From an uncultured Thermococci archaeon (lineage in GTDB: Archaea; Methanobacteriota_B; Thermococci; Thermococcales; Thermococcaceae), in NCBI GenBank assembly GCA_964487115.1, contig CAZAPD010000071.1, forward strand, positions 1 through 63,100: 63,100 nucleotides of DNA. Direction: 5' to 3'. This document shows, piece after piece, positions 1 to 11,263 of this stretch. The position numbers were made by a program, and so were the translations under genes. Position 1 is the stretch's first letter, and each line of letters starts with the position of its first letter. Below the pieces are notes generated by a model that was not told the DNA's origin, did no database searches, and was given only the letters and a program-made list of their open reading frames with translations.

Positions 1-38
1 ATATACTCCCCCGGCATCAAATAGTCCCGAAGCTCCAT
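1..38 (-). CDS. 5' end of a gene running off the window (MELRDYLMPGEY...)
   Basis: ATG at 38 on the minus strand, preceded by a purine-rich RBS-like GGAGGGAGAAGGG and an AT-rich TATA-like tract at 57-69. Only 12 codons are visible. Confidence 0.4.
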   Translation of the reverse strand, partial: MELRDYLMPGEY

Positions 39-103
39 TTCCCTTCTCCCTCCGGGTATTTATATATTTCCCTCCTCCCGGAGGGTATAATACTGGAGAA
101 AGC

Positions 104-148
104 CCAGAGCCACTCTATCCTTACCCTTGACGCTCTTGAACTCCCATC
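104..148 (-). pseudogene. Relic 3' end of a second PIN/VapC gene
   Basis: Minus strand reads GAG TTC AAG AGC GTC (EFKSV), then after a frameshift AGG GTA AGG ATA GAG TGG CTC (RVRIEWL). This matches the C-terminus of the adjacent VapC (EFRSVEDRVKIEWL). Confidence 0.6.
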
Positions 149-151
149 AGT

Positions 152-547
152 TCACAGCCACTCAATCTTAACCCTGTCTTCAACACTCCTAAACTCGTCA
201 TCGCCCGTTAGAAGAACTGCATCGAGGTCTATTGCGGTAGCAGCCGCAAAGGCATCCGCATAACTCATTCTGTAGAAGGCTTTTATTCTACCTGCCATTA
301 GGGAAAGCCGTTCGTCCGTGATGATAAACGTTATTGGCTCTTTTTTTAGGAGAGCTACCGCCAGATTGGCAACATCAGTGCCTTTTCGTCTGGAAAGAAC
401 GTAATAAACCTCCCCAAGATTTACAACGTTCATGTACAATTCTGCCTTTCCCTCCTTTCCCAAGTCGAGGTACTCCTGAACTTTTTCGGATGCTGGCTCA
501 TCGTTTATGTAAGCGAGAACTGCATAGCTGTCCAGAACAACCCTCAT
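152..547 (-). CDS. vapC: VapC-family PIN-domain toxin
   Basis: N-terminal VVLDS, central E (GEVYY), SYADA and LLTGDDEF PIN motifs. 131 aa, overlaps the antitoxin stop. Confidence 0.9.
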   Translation of the reverse strand: MRVVLDSYAVLAYINDEPASEKVQEYLDLGKEGKAELYMNVVNLGEVYYVLSRRKGTDVANLAVALLKKEPITFIITDERLSLMAGRIKAFYRMSYADAFAAATAIDLDAVLLTGDDEFRSVEDRVKIEWL

Positions 548-780
548 GGTTCTTCCTCCAGCTCTTTCTCCTCTGCACGAATTTCCCGCAGAATTTCCTT
601 GACAGGCTTCTCGAACTTCACAAGCCCCCTGAGATTGACGTCCTTCTTCACGGGGACTATCACTATCTCGTTTCCAAAGTCAAGAACCTCAAGCTCGTCC
701 CCTTCTTTGATGCCGAACTTCTCGCGAATGGCCTTGGGTAAGACTATCTGGCCCTTCGAGGAAACTTTTACAGTAGTCAT
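544..780 (-). CDS. AbrB/MazE/SpoVT-family antitoxin
   Basis: KVSSKGQIVLPKAIREKFGIKEGDEL AbrB signature, directly upstream of the PIN toxin. Confidence 0.9.
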   Translation of the reverse strand: MTTVKVSSKGQIVLPKAIREKFGIKEGDELEVLDFGNEIVIVPVKKDVNLRGLVKFEKPVKEILREIRAEEKELEEEP

Positions 781-888
781 CTTACCCCCACCAAAATAGT
801 CTTACTTGGGAAGCATAAAAACCTTATGTCCATGACCGGATGGAACCAGGTGGAAAGAATAGTAGATAGTAAAGAAGCCCGCCAGCCC

Positions 889-1536
889 TCAGCGGGAGGA
901 CTGGGCAATCCTCTCGATCTCTTCCTTCTTGCTGTAGGCGAAGCTCTTCGGATCCCTGTTGGCTGCTGCTATAATTTCATCTGCGAGAGCTTGAGCATAG
1001 CTTGTCTTGTTCTTGTAGCACTTGGCCGAGGCACCGAGGGCTATATTCCTTAAGGCAACATCAAGCCTTCTCATTGGGGCGATATCAACAGCCATATGAT
1101 ATCTAATGCCACCGAAGGCTATTGTTGTTGTGTCCTCTCTTGGAGCTGCATTTTCTATGGCCCTTATGAGAATCTGAATGGGGTTCTTTTTAGTTCTCCT
1201 CTCTATGATTGTGAAAGCTTCTTTAACAACCTCGTAGGCCTTTATTTTCTTGCTCATTAATGAACGCTGTTCCCTTCGCATGAAATGACCGCCCACTTTG
1301 TAGCTTGAGGCACCACTCCTCATGACTTTGTTTATCAAGCGCTCGACTATATGAACCTGAGCCTTCCCGAAGGGCTTCTTTGCATGCCTTCCGTGGGTGT
1401 GAGGAAGAATTCTCGGATCCAGATTTATGTACGGCCTGAGGGAGGGATCTTCAACAACAACATCCTCAACACTCCATCTTCCAAAGACTTTGAGTTCCTT
1501 GGGCTGATAGAACCTCTCAGCAAATGGTTTGGCCAT
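889..1536 (-). CDS. rps7: 30S ribosomal protein S7 (uS7)
   Basis: [15 protein letters not shown] and [13 protein letters not shown] motifs. Follows S12. Start placed at MAKPF. Confidence 0.97.
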   Translation of the reverse strand: MAKPFAERFYQPKELKVFGRWSVEDVVVEDPSLRPYINLDPRILPHTHGRHAKKPFGKAQVHIVERLINKVMRSGASSYKVGGHFMRREQRSLMSKKIKAYEVVKEAFTIIERRTKKNPIQILIRAIENAAPREDTTTIAFGGIRYHMAVDIAPMRRLDVALRNIALGASAKCYKNKTSYAQALADEIIAAANRDPKSFAYSKKEEIERIAQSSR

Positions 1537-1541
1537 CCCTT

Positions 1542-1985
1542 TCACCTCCTCGGCTTCTCCTTCCTTCCTTTGACGAGCTCCTTAAGGGAAACTCTGTTAA
1601 CCTTGACTACCTTGTACCTGATCCCAGGGATATCACCGACTGAACCACCCTTTGGACCACCAATTCCCTCGATAATGACCTCGTCGTGCTCGTCGATGTG
1701 GTTTATAGCACCATCTCCCGGTGTGAAAGCTGTTACAACTCTACCATTCTTGATGAGCTGAACCCTCACGGCTTTTCTCATCCCGGAGTTTGGCTGTTTT
1801 GCCTCAACCGCAATCTTCTCAAGTACAATACCCTTCGCCTGAGGTGCTCCCTCAAGTGGATCGCTCTTCTCCTTAAGTCTGAGGACTCTTCGTTTATACC
1901 TGACGTCACTCCATCTGAACTTTTGTCTTTTGAGTCTGAGCTTCCTCCCAGCGAATTCACCATTTGGGGCCTTTTTACCAGCCAT
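1542..1985 (-). CDS. rps12: 30S ribosomal protein S12 (uS12)
   Basis: [17 protein letters not shown] and [10 protein letters not shown] motifs. Confidence 0.98.
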   Translation of the reverse strand: MAGKKAPNGEFAGRKLRLKRQKFRWSDVRYKRRVLRLKEKSDPLEGAPQAKGIVLEKIAVEAKQPNSGMRKAVRVQLIKNGRVVTAFTPGDGAINHIDEHDEVIIEGIGGPKGGSVGDIPGIRYKVVKVNRVSLKELVKGRKEKPRR

Positions 1986-2002
1986 GATCATCACCTCTTA
2001 AA

Positions 2003-2440
2003 TCAAATTATAATCACGTCTTGGATACCATGATGCCTCTCCATAAGTTCCTTTACGAGATTTATATTCTGCCCTCCTCTTCCTATAGCTCTCGGCTTCT
2101 CCCTCTGGTTTATGTCAAGGAGGGCAACTTTCTTTCCATCTTTCTTCTCAGTGATATGGACTTTTTTAACCTTTACTCCCATTGTTTTATAAATGTTCCT
2201 AAGGAATTCCTCTGGATTTTCTGAGTGCTCTATAAGCTCAATCTCCTTGCCTAACATTCCCTGAACCCTTTTAACATTAGCCCCTCTCTTGCCGAGTGCC
2301 AGTCCCATCTCACCTTTTTTGATAACATAGATGAGCCTATTTCTTGTACTGTCTATGAGACAGTCCATCACTGTTGCTCCTGTCATGCTCTCGAAGAGCG
2401 CTATATATTTAATCTGGTCTGTGTTGAGTTTAAGCGGCAT
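2003..2440 (-). CDS. nusA: NusA-like KH-domain transcription factor
   Basis: Two KH GxxG motifs ([15 protein letters not shown]) and conserved operon position. Confidence 0.93.
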   Translation of the reverse strand: MPLKLNTDQIKYIALFESMTGATVMDCLIDSTRNRLIYVIKKGEMGLALGKRGANVKRVQGMLGKEIELIEHSENPEEFLRNIYKTMGVKVKKVHITEKKDGKKVALLDINQREKPRAIGRGGQNINLVKELMERHHGIQDVIII

Positions 2441-2745
2441 TACTTCTTACCCCCAGCAAGGGCTAAGATGTTGCTTTCTCCTGGATCTACTATGGCTAAT
2501 GAGGCTACAACAAATGGCTTTCCAAGGAGAGTTCCAAGTTCAACACTGGTTCCCTCAAACTCATACACGGGAATGTTGCTCAACTTGGAATAGTATGTTA
2601 TGTCTTCCTTAACATCTTTTGGGGCATTTTTAGCTATAATAATGAGTTTAGCTCCACCAGTCTTGGACAACTCAATAGTCCTCTTTGAACCGATGACAAT
2701 TTTTCCTGTTTCAAGCACTTTTCTAAGTTCAAAGGCTAAATCCAT
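2440..2745 (-). CDS. rpl30e: 50S ribosomal protein L30e
   Basis: TGKIVIGSK and [14 protein letters not shown]...DPGES motifs. Confidence 0.96.
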   Translation of the reverse strand: MDLAFELRKVLETGKIVIGSKRTIELSKTGGAKLIIIAKNAPKDVKEDITYYSKLSNIPVYEFEGTSVELGTLLGKPFVVASLAIVDPGESNILALAGGKK

Positions 2746-2748
2746 CAA

Positions 2749-3924
2749 TCACACCTCCCGTGGTTTTAGCGGTAATTTCATTGCCAGCTTAACTATACCC
2801 GTTCCAACTGGAACGGGCTGTCCAATTAACACATTCTCAACGACACCATTCAGGGGGTCTACCTCTCCCCTTTCGGCAGCTTCAAACAGATGTTGAGTGG
2901 TAATCTCGAAAGCTGCCCTGGCCAATACACTGGCCTTTTCTCCGACAACACCGTGTCTTCCGATAGGCCTTATAACTCCGTCAAGGGTCATCATATCAGC
3001 GACGAGCATGATATGTCTGACATCAACCTCAAGACCCTGCTCACGCATGGTATTAACTATCTCCTCAACGATTGCGTTTCTCGCTGCTTCTATGCCAAGC
3101 ACCTCTGCGATCTCATGGATGTTGTTTGTCCTTGTTCTCGTCGGATCGATGCCGGGAACTTTGAGCACCTGCTTGAAGTTTGAACCCTCTGTGTATATGA
3201 CGTATTCCTCGCCTTCCTTTCTGATAATTGTCTTTCCTACGCCCGAGAGACCCTTCAAACGATGCTTTTTAACTTTTTCGGCAAGTCTTCTGAGATCAGC
3301 TATTTTCTGAGCCTTCTTTGGCCTCATTATCAAGGTGTAACCGTCAACCTCAAACTCCGCACTCTTGAATGAACCTTCAAGTTTTTTCTTGATCTTTTCC
3401 ATGTCGAGATCACTTTTTTCAAGCCTTTCTGGGTCAAGCTCTATGACGAACTCAAAGTTGAGGATGTCAATCGTCATACTCTGGGCAAGATTCTCTATTG
3501 TAGTCCCCTCTATCTTCCTCGCTACTTCCAAAGCCTTTTCCCTATCGTGGCGGTGCTCTTCGTCAAGGTAGACAGTCATGATGGGCGTTGAGGGATTCTT
3601 TCTGGCATCCACAATCTCAATGATTCTCGGCAGACCGAGAGTGACGTTGATTTCAGCGACACCAGCATAGTGGAATGTGTTGAGCGTCATCTGGGTTGAG
3701 GGCTCACCCATCGACTGGGCAGCAACGGTTCCTACAGCTTCTCCGGGCTCGATAAGGGCATTCTCATACTCTTTTTCAGCATCTTCAATGATTGCCTGAA
3801 CTTCCTTCTTTTTGAGCTTGTATTTTTTATTATACTCGATGAGCTTGTTGTAGAGTTCTTCCTTGACATTATCTGGCAGTATTGATTTATCAACGAGGGA
3901 CTTTATGGTGGCATTTGAAACCAT
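2749..3924 (-). CDS. rpoA2: RNA polymerase subunit A'' (Rpo1C)
   Basis: GEPSTQMTLNTFHYAG trigger-loop motif. Confidence 0.98.
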   Translation of the reverse strand: MVSNATIKSLVDKSILPDNVKEELYNKLIEYNKKYKLKKKEVQAIIEDAEKEYENALIEPGEAVGTVAAQSMGEPSTQMTLNTFHYAGVAEINVTLGLPRIIEIVDARKNPSTPIMTVYLDEEHRHDREKALEVARKIEGTTIENLAQSMTIDILNFEFVIELDPERLEKSDLDMEKIKKKLEGSFKSAEFEVDGYTLIMRPKKAQKIADLRRLAEKVKKHRLKGLSGVGKTIIRKEGEEYVIYTEGSNFKQVLKVPGIDPTRTRTNNIHEIAEVLGIEAARNAIVEEIVNTMREQGLEVDVRHIMLVADMMTLDGVIRPIGRHGVVGEKASVLARAAFEITTQHLFEAAERGEVDPLNGVVENVLIGQPVPVGTGIVKLAMKLPLKPREV

Positions 3925-3929
3925 TTAAA

Positions 3930-6647
3930 TCACCCCCTCTCCCTCAGCTTAATAAGAGTTCTCACAATAACCCTATCCACATCAATTGTCTTCCCGCTCC
4001 AGCTCTTCATAGGGTCTATTCCATCCTCTCCATAGCGGAACTGGATTATGATTCCAGTGGGATCCCTGACAGTTCCGTCGTAGTCGACCTTGAGATCTTG
4101 GAGTGCGTTTATTAATCTCCTCTGCATGTAACCGCTCTGAGCTGTTCTGACTGCTGTATCGACGAGACCCTCTCTACCACCCATTGCATGGAAAAAGTAT
4201 TCCTGTGGTGTTAATCCGCTTTTGTAGGAGTTGACAACGAAGCCCCGGGCTCTGGCTCCAAGGTCGTTAGGTTTGAAATGACTTAGAACCCTTCCGCGGT
4301 ATCCTCTGTAAAGCCTCTTTCCACGAATGGACTGCTGGCCGAGCATTGCAGCCATCTGGGTGATGTTGAGTATCTTACCCCTTGCCCCTGTTTTTGCCAT
4401 TATAACTGCATGATTATTCATACCAAGGTATCTCTCGGCGACCTTACCTGCATTATCACGGGCCTCAGCTAAAACAGCCATTATCTTGCTCTCCAGGGTT
4501 TCTTCAAGGGTCTTGCCGGGTAGCGGCTCTAATTCTCCTCTCTCATATGCTTCAATTAGCCTGTTAACTTTCTCTTCAGCCTCTCTAATAATTTCTTTAA
4601 TTCTATCTATAGCTTCCTCTGGCAGGTCTTCATCATCTATTGCAGTTGTGAATCCCTTGTGTGTTATCACCCATATTGACAGCTTTGTGACCTGATCAAG
4701 GAACTGTCTGGCTCTTTCGGCACCATACTCCCTCACTATTAAATCCAGAATTCTCCCATCCTCTCTTCCATATGCTTTTTTGTCAATTGCACCGCTCAGT
4801 AGCTTCCCGTTCTGAATATAAACAAAGCCGTCGTATGCAAGTTTTTTGACCTCTTCCGGGTCTGGAACCAGTTTTTCCTCAATCAGCTTTTCAAGGGGCT
4901 CACATTTGCTTGGATCGTCACAGAGCTTGTTTCTGTACCAGATATTCAGATCCTCAGGAAGTATCAGTGAAAATACGGTCTTCCCACTCCAGTATTCAAC
5001 ACCGTTCTCAACTTTGTCCGGCTCTGGAAGTCCATCAATCTCAACTCCAGCAAACATAAGCATCTGCTCAACCTCTAAACGGGTGAAATATGCCCCTTCC
5101 CTCGTAAGCAGATATCCGCCTGATATGTGATCCTGAATTCCACCTATGAGTGGGCCGCCGTAGCGTGGTGAGATAATGTGGTTCTGAACCTCCATCAGGA
5201 TTCTTGCTTCTGCCTGTGCCTCCTCTGTTTGCGGGACATGGAGGTTCATTTCATCACCATCAAAATCAGCGTTGTAGGGTGGACAGACCGAAAGGTTCAG
5301 GCGGAAAGTCCTGTAGGGCATGACCCTTACATGGTGTGCCATTATACTCATCCTATGCAGGGAAGGCTGTCTGTTGAAGAGAACTATATCGCCATCGAGC
5401 AAATGCCTTTCAACCGTCCATCCGATGTCAAGCATCTCTGCAACTGTCTCGCGGTTGTTTTCCATGAGCCTTATCCTTCTTCCCTCAGGGTCGATTACAT
5501 AGTTTGCTCCCGGATACTTTTCAGGGCCGTTGAGAACCATTTGCCTGAGCTTTTCAAGGTTGAATTCGGTTACCTTTTCCGGAACTGTGAGTTCCATTGC
5601 GACCGCTATTGGGACACCAACTTCGTTTATACTAAGCATTGGATCGGGACTGATAACAGTCCTTGCTGAGAAGTTGACACGCTTACCGCTGAGGTTTCCC
5701 CTGAACCTTCCTTCCTTGCCTTTGAGTCTCTGGGAGAGGGTCTTGAGAGGCCTCCCACTTTTATGCTTTGCAGGGGGAATTCCCGAGGTCTCGTTGTTGA
5801 TGTATGTTGTAACATGGTACTGGAGAAGATCCCATAGATCCTCTATGATAAGTTGCGGCGCTCCTGCTTCAATGTTGGACTTAAGGCGGTTATTGATACG
5901 AATTATATCAACGAGCTTGTGGGTAAGATCGTCTTCAGCTCTTATACCGCTTTCAAGTGTAATTGATGGCCTCATAGTAACCGGAGGAACGGGTAGAACT
6001 GTGAGAATCATCCATTCAGGCCGAGCATTGTCTGGATGCAATCCGAGGAGCTGTAAATCTTTGTCAGGTATCTTTTCGAATCTATCTCTTATTTCGCTTG
6101 GCATCATTCTGTGTTTGTACTCTTTGCCTTCTTCATCTTTTCTAATCTCCCAATATATTGTGGGCCTCTCGAACTTCAGTGGAAACTGAGGAGCACCACA
6201 GTGTGGACACACCATTCTCTCTTTCGCTTTCTTATGAATTTCCTTGATTAGTCTGTCTTTGGCCTTCTTTCTGTCTCCCATAACTTCGAATTTTCTCGTG
6301 TATTCCTGGATCTCTTCGTCCGTGAGCTTTATCCTTCCACACTCTCTACAGGTACTCTCTAAAACACGGTGAATGGTTTTTGCAAATCCCACATGAATAA
6401 CAGGACGGGCCAGTTCTATATGTCCAAAATGTCCCGGACAATCCCCGACTCTTGCTCCACAGGTTTCACACCTGAGTCCTGGGTCTATAACTCCCAATCT
6501 TTTGTCCATTAATCCTCCTTCAATGGGATAACCGTCATCATCGTATGTATCGGGAACTGTAATCTCAGCAGCACTCATTTTTCTAATCTCTTGGGGTGAA
6601 AGGATGCCGAATTCGATACTCCCGATAACTTTTTTCATTGACTGCAT
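3930..6647 (-). CDS. rpoA1: RNA polymerase subunit A' (Rpo1N)
   Basis: NADFDGD catalytic motif and CPGHFGHI zinc region. No intein-sized insertion. Confidence 0.99.
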   Translation of the reverse strand: MQSMKKVIGSIEFGILSPQEIRKMSAAEITVPDTYDDDGYPIEGGLMDKRLGVIDPGLRCETCGARVGDCPGHFGHIELARPVIHVGFAKTIHRVLESTCRECGRIKLTDEEIQEYTRKFEVMGDRKKAKDRLIKEIHKKAKERMVCPHCGAPQFPLKFERPTIYWEIRKDEEGKEYKHRMMPSEIRDRFEKIPDKDLQLLGLHPDNARPEWMILTVLPVPPVTMRPSITLESGIRAEDDLTHKLVDIIRINNRLKSNIEAGAPQLIIEDLWDLLQYHVTTYINNETSGIPPAKHKSGRPLKTLSQRLKGKEGRFRGNLSGKRVNFSARTVISPDPMLSINEVGVPIAVAMELTVPEKVTEFNLEKLRQMVLNGPEKYPGANYVIDPEGRRIRLMENNRETVAEMLDIGWTVERHLLDGDIVLFNRQPSLHRMSIMAHHVRVMPYRTFRLNLSVCPPYNADFDGDEMNLHVPQTEEAQAEARILMEVQNHIISPRYGGPLIGGIQDHISGGYLLTREGAYFTRLEVEQMLMFAGVEIDGLPEPDKVENGVEYWSGKTVFSLILPEDLNIWYRNKLCDDPSKCEPLEKLIEEKLVPDPEEVKKLAYDGFVYIQNGKLLSGAIDKKAYGREDGRILDLIVREYGAERARQFLDQVTKLSIWVITHKGFTTAIDDEDLPEEAIDRIKEIIREAEEKVNRLIEAYERGELEPLPGKTLEETLESKIMAVLAEARDNAGKVAERYLGMNNHAVIMAKTGARGKILNITQMAAMLGQQSIRGKRLYRGYRGRVLSHFKPNDLGARARGFVVNSYKSGLTPQEYFFHAMGGREGLVDTAVRTAQSGYMQRRLINALQDLKVDYDGTVRDPTGIIIQFRYGEDGIDPMKSWSGKTIDVDRVIVRTLIKLRERG

Positions 6648-6652
6648 GGTTC

Positions 6653-9600
6653 TCACACCCTATCCTTCAATTTCAATGAAGGCCTTATTACCATAGCCTG
6701 CAATTCATCCAGAAGGAGTTTAAATGCATAACTCATCTCTACCCTGCTTATACGCTCTGTTTCGCCGCACACCGGACAGTAGACCTGTCCTCTTCTCCTG
6801 TCTTCAACTGCTACATGCCCACAGTTTTCACAGACCCAAACCTCTGTCTTGTCACTTTCCTCAAGAAGCCTCTCAATCAACAGCATCGCCGCTCCATGAC
6901 CAATGAGAACATCACGCTCCATCTCACCGAACCTAAGGCCTCCTTCTCTTGCTCTTCCTTCGGTTGGCTGTTTGGTAAGAACCTGCACTGGTCCCCTGCT
7001 CCTTGCGTGCATCTTGTCTGCAACCATGTGGTGCAACCTCTGATAGTAGATTATGCCGACAAATATATCTGCTTCAAGCCTTCTGCCGGTTATACCATCA
7101 TACATAATTTCCCTTCCGTTGTGCCTGAATCCGAGTTCCTCAAGTTCTTTTCTCAGCTTCTCCTCGGGCTCACCGATGAAGGCAGTGCCATCAACTCTCC
7201 TTCCCTTTAGTGCTGCAACCTTCCCCCCTATGGCTTCAATTAGCTGTCCTACAGTCATTCTCGATGGGATACCATGTGGATTGACTATTAGGTCTGGAAC
7301 TATGCCACTTTCAGTCCATGGCATATCCTCCTGCGGAACGATTAAACCTATGACCCCTTTCTGACCATGCCTTGAGGCAAACTTATCACCAAACTCCGGA
7401 ATCCTCAAATCACGAACAGTTACTTTTACGAGCTTTGTCCCGTCTCCTGTTTCAGTTATGATGACCTTGTCTACTATTCCTTTTTCACTTGGTCTCACAG
7501 CGACGCTTGTTTCTCTCCTTTCCTGGAGGATTATCCCTCCAAGACCGCTCTGTTCTTCAAGGAATCTGGGTGGTGAGGTTCTTCCAACGAGAACATCCTT
7601 GCCTGAGACTTTTGACTCGGGGAAAATTATACCATCCTCATCGAGATGTCTGTAGTATTTCTCACCAAGGAAGCCTCTAACAGTTGGATCTGGTTTCTCA
7701 AAACGATCGGTTTGCCCACCAAGATATCTCTTTTCCTCAGCCTCATACGTTCGGAAGAAGGTGCTTCTCCCAAGACCTCTTTCAATTGCAGCTTTGTTGA
7801 TGATTACGGCATCCTCCATGTTATAACCGTGATAGCTCAAAACAGCAACTACAAAGTTCTGACCTGCAGGTCTCTCCTCAAACCCAACGGCTTTCATTAT
7901 ACGGGAGTTGACGAGGGGAACCTGTGGATAATGCATTAGATGCCCGCGAGTGTCAACCCTTATACGGAAGTTTGCCCATCCAAGGCCGAGACTCTGTTTG
8001 GCCATACCAGCGCCGTAAGTGTTACGCGGTGCTGCATTGTGTTCAGGATAAGGAACGAGTGAAGCAGGGATACCGAGAATAGCGGCTGGCATCAATTCGA
8101 GGTGAGTGTGATCCTCTGTCACTTCCCATGGCCATGTAGCTACGAAGGCGTTTTCTTCCTCCTCTGCATCGAGATATTCAATAATTCCCATTTTTATGAG
8201 ATCTCTCCATGTTAGGGTTCCTTTCTTTATCTCCTCAACATGCTCTCTTGTGAGCTTTGGAACTCCGTTTTCGACTATTATAAGCGGTCTCCTCACACGA
8301 CCATCATCGCTGTTTATGTAAATTTCTTTGATGTCTTTCTCCACATGGAGAGCAACATTAATTACATCGCTTATCCTGCCTTTTCTCCTGTCTGTGCGTA
8401 TTCTTTCAACGAGCCTTTTACCCTCCTCGACAGTCCCCATGAGAACGCCGTTCAGATACACTCTCCAAAGCTCTGGGCTTGGTCTTTTTTCTTCAATCGA
8501 AACGACACCAAGCTTTCTGAGATATTCTTTAACCTCTTCTTCGGGGATTGCCGTTGTTATCTGGGACATTAGAGCTAAATTTTTGACGAGACCACAGTTC
8601 GGGCCTTCAGGTGTCTCCGTAGGACAAATCCTACCCCAGTGAGTTCCATGCAAATCTCTCGCTTCAAAATGGGGCTGATCTCTGCTTAGTGGTGAAGTCA
8701 CACGTCTAAGGTGAGAAAGGGTCGACATGTAGTTGGTTCTGTCAAGGAGCTGACTTACACCGGTTCTCCCACCGGGCCATGCCCCTGTCGCAAGAGCATG
8801 TTCAATTCTTTCGCTTAAAACATCAGGTCTAATAGAGTTCCTTACAAAGCGTTGAACATTATCAAAGGTGTATTTTTCACCCTTTCTCTGGTAGGTTTTT
8901 GTCATCTGATACTGCATGTCCTTAACAAGCTGACCGAAAGCAACACGGAAAAGATCTCTCAAAAGATCTCCAGCAAGCTTGAGCCGTTTATTTGCATAAT
9001 GATCCTTATCGTCCTCGCTTCTCATTCCAAGCGAGAGTTCAAGAACTTTAAGGGTCATCATTCCAAGGTAGTATGCTTTCTTTATTCTATCCTCCTCTTG
9101 CACTCCCATATGGGGCAGGAGGTTGTTGTCTATGATATGCTGGGCCCGTCTGAGCCTGTATTCCTTAGGCTGGCCGGGAAGAGCAAGCTTTCCAATATAG
9201 TCAAGGGCTTCCTCTTGTGTAGTTATATCGCTTGCATCTTCAAGGTTGTCAAAGAGCACCTGCTGGATCCTTGGATCGTTGCTGACGGCATCGACTATCT
9301 CTTTATCACTTTTTAAACCGAGGGCGCGCATGACATAGACAAACTTAACAGGCCTTGGCACGTTTGGTATATTCACATAGAGGATGCTATCTTTTCTCCT
9401 TTCAACCATTATCAGAGCTCTGTATCCGTGTCTGTATGAAAAACATTTTGCAAGAACCCGGTTTTGGCGTTCGTCACGTTCAACAAGAGTCTTGTTAGGT
9501 GCTAAATCCTCAATGGAGACAATAACCCTTTCAGAACCGTTAATAATGAAATAGCCTCCGGGATCCTTTGGATCCTCTCCAAGTTTGATGAGCTCCTCAT

Positions 9601-10015
9601 CGCTGAGACCATAGAGCCTACATGCCTTGGATTTTAGCATTATAGGGAGCTCTCCTATCCTAACTTCAACGGGTTCCTGTTCTATTCCGTTGATAACTGG
9701 AATCAACTCAAGATAAATGGGCGCTGAATACGTTAAATTCCTTATTCTGGCATCCATGGGATAGAGAGGCTTTTTCTGCCCCTGTGCCTCTTGGAATTCC
9801 GGCTCACCAAGACGCACTTTTCCGAATTTGACTTCAAAGTTTGGTATATCTGGCTTCAAGCCACCGAATTCATAAATAACCTCCTGCATGCCATAGTCAA
9901 TGAAAGCGTTGTAAGAATCAAGGTGCTGTCTTACCAGTCCGTTTTCCTTCCAGTAGTGTTCCATAACAATCCACAAATCATCCGGAGTAACATCTACAAC
10001 AGTGGGTCCCCTCAT
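6653..10015 (-). CDS. rpoB: RNA polymerase subunit B (Rpo2, unsplit)
   Basis: [12 protein letters not shown] and [11 protein letters not shown] motifs, C-terminal zinc ribbon. Confidence 0.99.
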   Translation of the reverse strand: MRGPTVVDVTPDDLWIVMEHYWKENGLVRQHLDSYNAFIDYGMQEVIYEFGGLKPDIPNFEVKFGKVRLGEPEFQEAQGQKKPLYPMDARIRNLTYSAPIYLELIPVINGIEQEPVEVRIGELPIMLKSKACRLYGLSDEELIKLGEDPKDPGGYFIINGSERVIVSIEDLAPNKTLVERDERQNRVLAKCFSYRHGYRALIMVERRKDSILYVNIPNVPRPVKFVYVMRALGLKSDKEIVDAVSNDPRIQQVLFDNLEDASDITTQEEALDYIGKLALPGQPKEYRLRRAQHIIDNNLLPHMGVQEEDRIKKAYYLGMMTLKVLELSLGMRSEDDKDHYANKRLKLAGDLLRDLFRVAFGQLVKDMQYQMTKTYQRKGEKYTFDNVQRFVRNSIRPDVLSERIEHALATGAWPGGRTGVSQLLDRTNYMSTLSHLRRVTSPLSRDQPHFEARDLHGTHWGRICPTETPEGPNCGLVKNLALMSQITTAIPEEEVKEYLRKLGVVSIEEKRPSPELWRVYLNGVLMGTVEEGKRLVERIRTDRRKGRISDVINVALHVEKDIKEIYINSDDGRVRRPLIIVENGVPKLTREHVEEIKKGTLTWRDLIKMGIIEYLDAEEEENAFVATWPWEVTEDHTHLELMPAAILGIPASLVPYPEHNAAPRNTYGAGMAKQSLGLGWANFRIRVDTRGHLMHYPQVPLVNSRIMKAVGFEERPAGQNFVVAVLSYHGYNMEDAVIINKAAIERGLGRSTFFRTYEAEEKRYLGGQTDRFEKPDPTVRGFLGEKYYRHLDEDGIIFPESKVSGKDVLVGRTSPPRFLEEQSGLGGIILQERRETSVAVRPSEKGIVDKVIITETGDGTKLVKVTVRDLRIPEFGDKFASRHGQKGVIGLIVPQEDMPWTESGIVPDLIVNPHGIPSRMTVGQLIEAIGGKVAALKGRRVDGTAFIGEPEEKLRKELEELGFRHNGREIMYDGITGRRLEADIFVGIIYYQRLHHMVADKMHARSRGPVQVLTKQPTEGRAREGGLRFGEMERDVLIGHGAAMLLIERLLEESDKTEVWVCENCGHVAVEDRRRGQVYCPVCGETERISRVEMSYAFKLLLDELQAMVIRPSLKLKDRV

Positions 10016-10031
10016 GTTCTCACCTCAGAAT

Positions 10032-10280
10032 TCAATCTTCAACAACAAGTCTGTAATAGTAGTACACACCTGCTGTTGGGCTTTTTCTTCTTATTTCAAT
10101 AACGTCCCCGGGTTTTGCGTCAAGAGAGATGACAGCAGGGTCTGAAGCTTTAATCTGTGGAAGTTGAGAAATTTTGATCTTGTATTTTCTAAGCAGTTCT
10201 TCTTTTTCCTCTTCGCTTAATATTCTATGTGCGGGAACTAATTGATGAGTAAATATATCAAATCCTTTTTTCGCCGCCAC
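10032..10280 (-). CDS. rpoH: RNA polymerase subunit H (Rpo5)
   Basis: [19 protein letters not shown] and [13 protein letters not shown] motifs. Confidence 0.97.
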   Translation of the reverse strand: MAAKKGFDIFTHQLVPAHRILSEEEKEELLRKYKIKISQLPQIKASDPAVISLDAKPGDVIEIRRKSPTAGVYYYYRLVVED

Positions 10281-10343
10281 CGAGAATTGCCCCCTTAAAT
10301 TTTTTAGAAATAATTATCACTACCTCCGAACTTTGGCTTCTCC

Positions 10344-10358
10344 TATATAAGCTTTTCG
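10344..10358 (-). promoter_or_regulatory. BRE/TATA promoter of the rpoH operon
   Basis: Minus strand CGAAAAGC-TTATATA about 65 nt upstream of the rpoH start. Confidence 0.65.
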
Positions 10359-10500
10359 TGTAGAAGGTGATGAAAGAAGGTTTATAATCATTGCGAAAAC
10401 TTTAAGAACCTCTTTCAGGCCTTAAAACTCACATTGATGTACATAAACGAACATCAGATTACGGGTCATATACCTGTTCAGAATGAGTGGTTCATTATGA

Positions 10501-10574
10501 AGCCCCGGGCGGGGTTTGAACCCGCGACCTGCCGCTTACCAAGCGGCCGCTCCACCAGGCTGAGCCACCGGGGC
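10501..10574 (-). tRNA. tRNA-Thr(GGT)
   Basis: Cloverleaf GCCCCGG...CCGGGGCT with anticodon arm GCCGC-TTGGTAA-GCGGC. CCA is not encoded (TCA follows). Confidence 0.95.
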
Positions 10575-10613
10575 ACCGTTGGATTGGTATTTGAACCGAG
10601 CTTATAAATTTTT

Positions 10614-11210
10614 CTATTTCAATTTGTTTGAGAACTTATTTGTGAGCTCTTCCAAAACTTTTTTGAAACTGGCGGCATCTATCCATTTTATTCCCATTTT
10701 TTGAGCCCATGTCAATATGCCAACGTCTGCAGAAACTATTGTAGCGTCAAGTTCCTTAGCAAGAAGAATCAGCTCAAAATCTTCTTTGCTATCTACTATG
10801 CCTTCCCTTAGAGCCTTACGATAATTTCTCCTTAACTTCTGGATAATCTTATCGACGTTATCAGTTTCTACGACGCTTTCTCTAACAGCTTTTTCTGCAA
10901 CACGAAGTCCTTTATCAACTCTTCTGCGTATATCATCGATCAATTCATATACGACAAAAGCTGGGATTCTTATATCATGGAGATTTGGGGGTTTTTTTAT
11001 TATATAAAGATCGATATCAGGGGAAACCTCCTCCCTATCAACGAAGTTCATAATCTCCCTGTAGATACCGGGAGGCATATAGAATTCCACCTTTCCAAAT
11101 AGCCTCTCTGCATGGTTTAAAAAAGATTTCAGGGCTTCTGTTGGACTTTCCCCAAAATCTTTTCTAATCTCAGGGTTGACAAAGATACTGGTGTCAAGAA
11201 CAAACTTCAT
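10614..11210 (-). CDS. UPF0278 / HARP (Aq_880-like protein-only RNase P homolog, PIN-like)
   Basis: KFVLDTSIFVNP, RRRVDKGLRVAE, LREGIVDSKEDF and SADVGI motifs. Confidence 0.85.
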   Translation of the reverse strand: MKFVLDTSIFVNPEIRKDFGESPTEALKSFLNHAERLFGKVEFYMPPGIYREIMNFVDREEVSPDIDLYIIKKPPNLHDIRIPAFVVYELIDDIRRRVDKGLRVAEKAVRESVVETDNVDKIIQKLRRNYRKALREGIVDSKEDFELILLAKELDATIVSADVGILTWAQKMGIKWIDAASFKKVLEELTNKFSNKLK

Positions 11211-11263
11211 CTCAACCACAAGTTTATTTAGTGTTTTAAAGTTTAAAATCCTTGGGTGGTTAA

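Noticed and set aside
3930..10015. Inteins in the RNA polymerase subunits
   Set aside because: Lengths are normal and there are no splice-junction or LAGLIDADG motifs.
10454..10498. Possible C/D sRNA directly 3' of tRNA-Thr (two CTGA on the minus strand)
   Set aside because: The C and C' boxes are degenerate (ATAATGA, TATATGA), the guides are short and I recognised no target.
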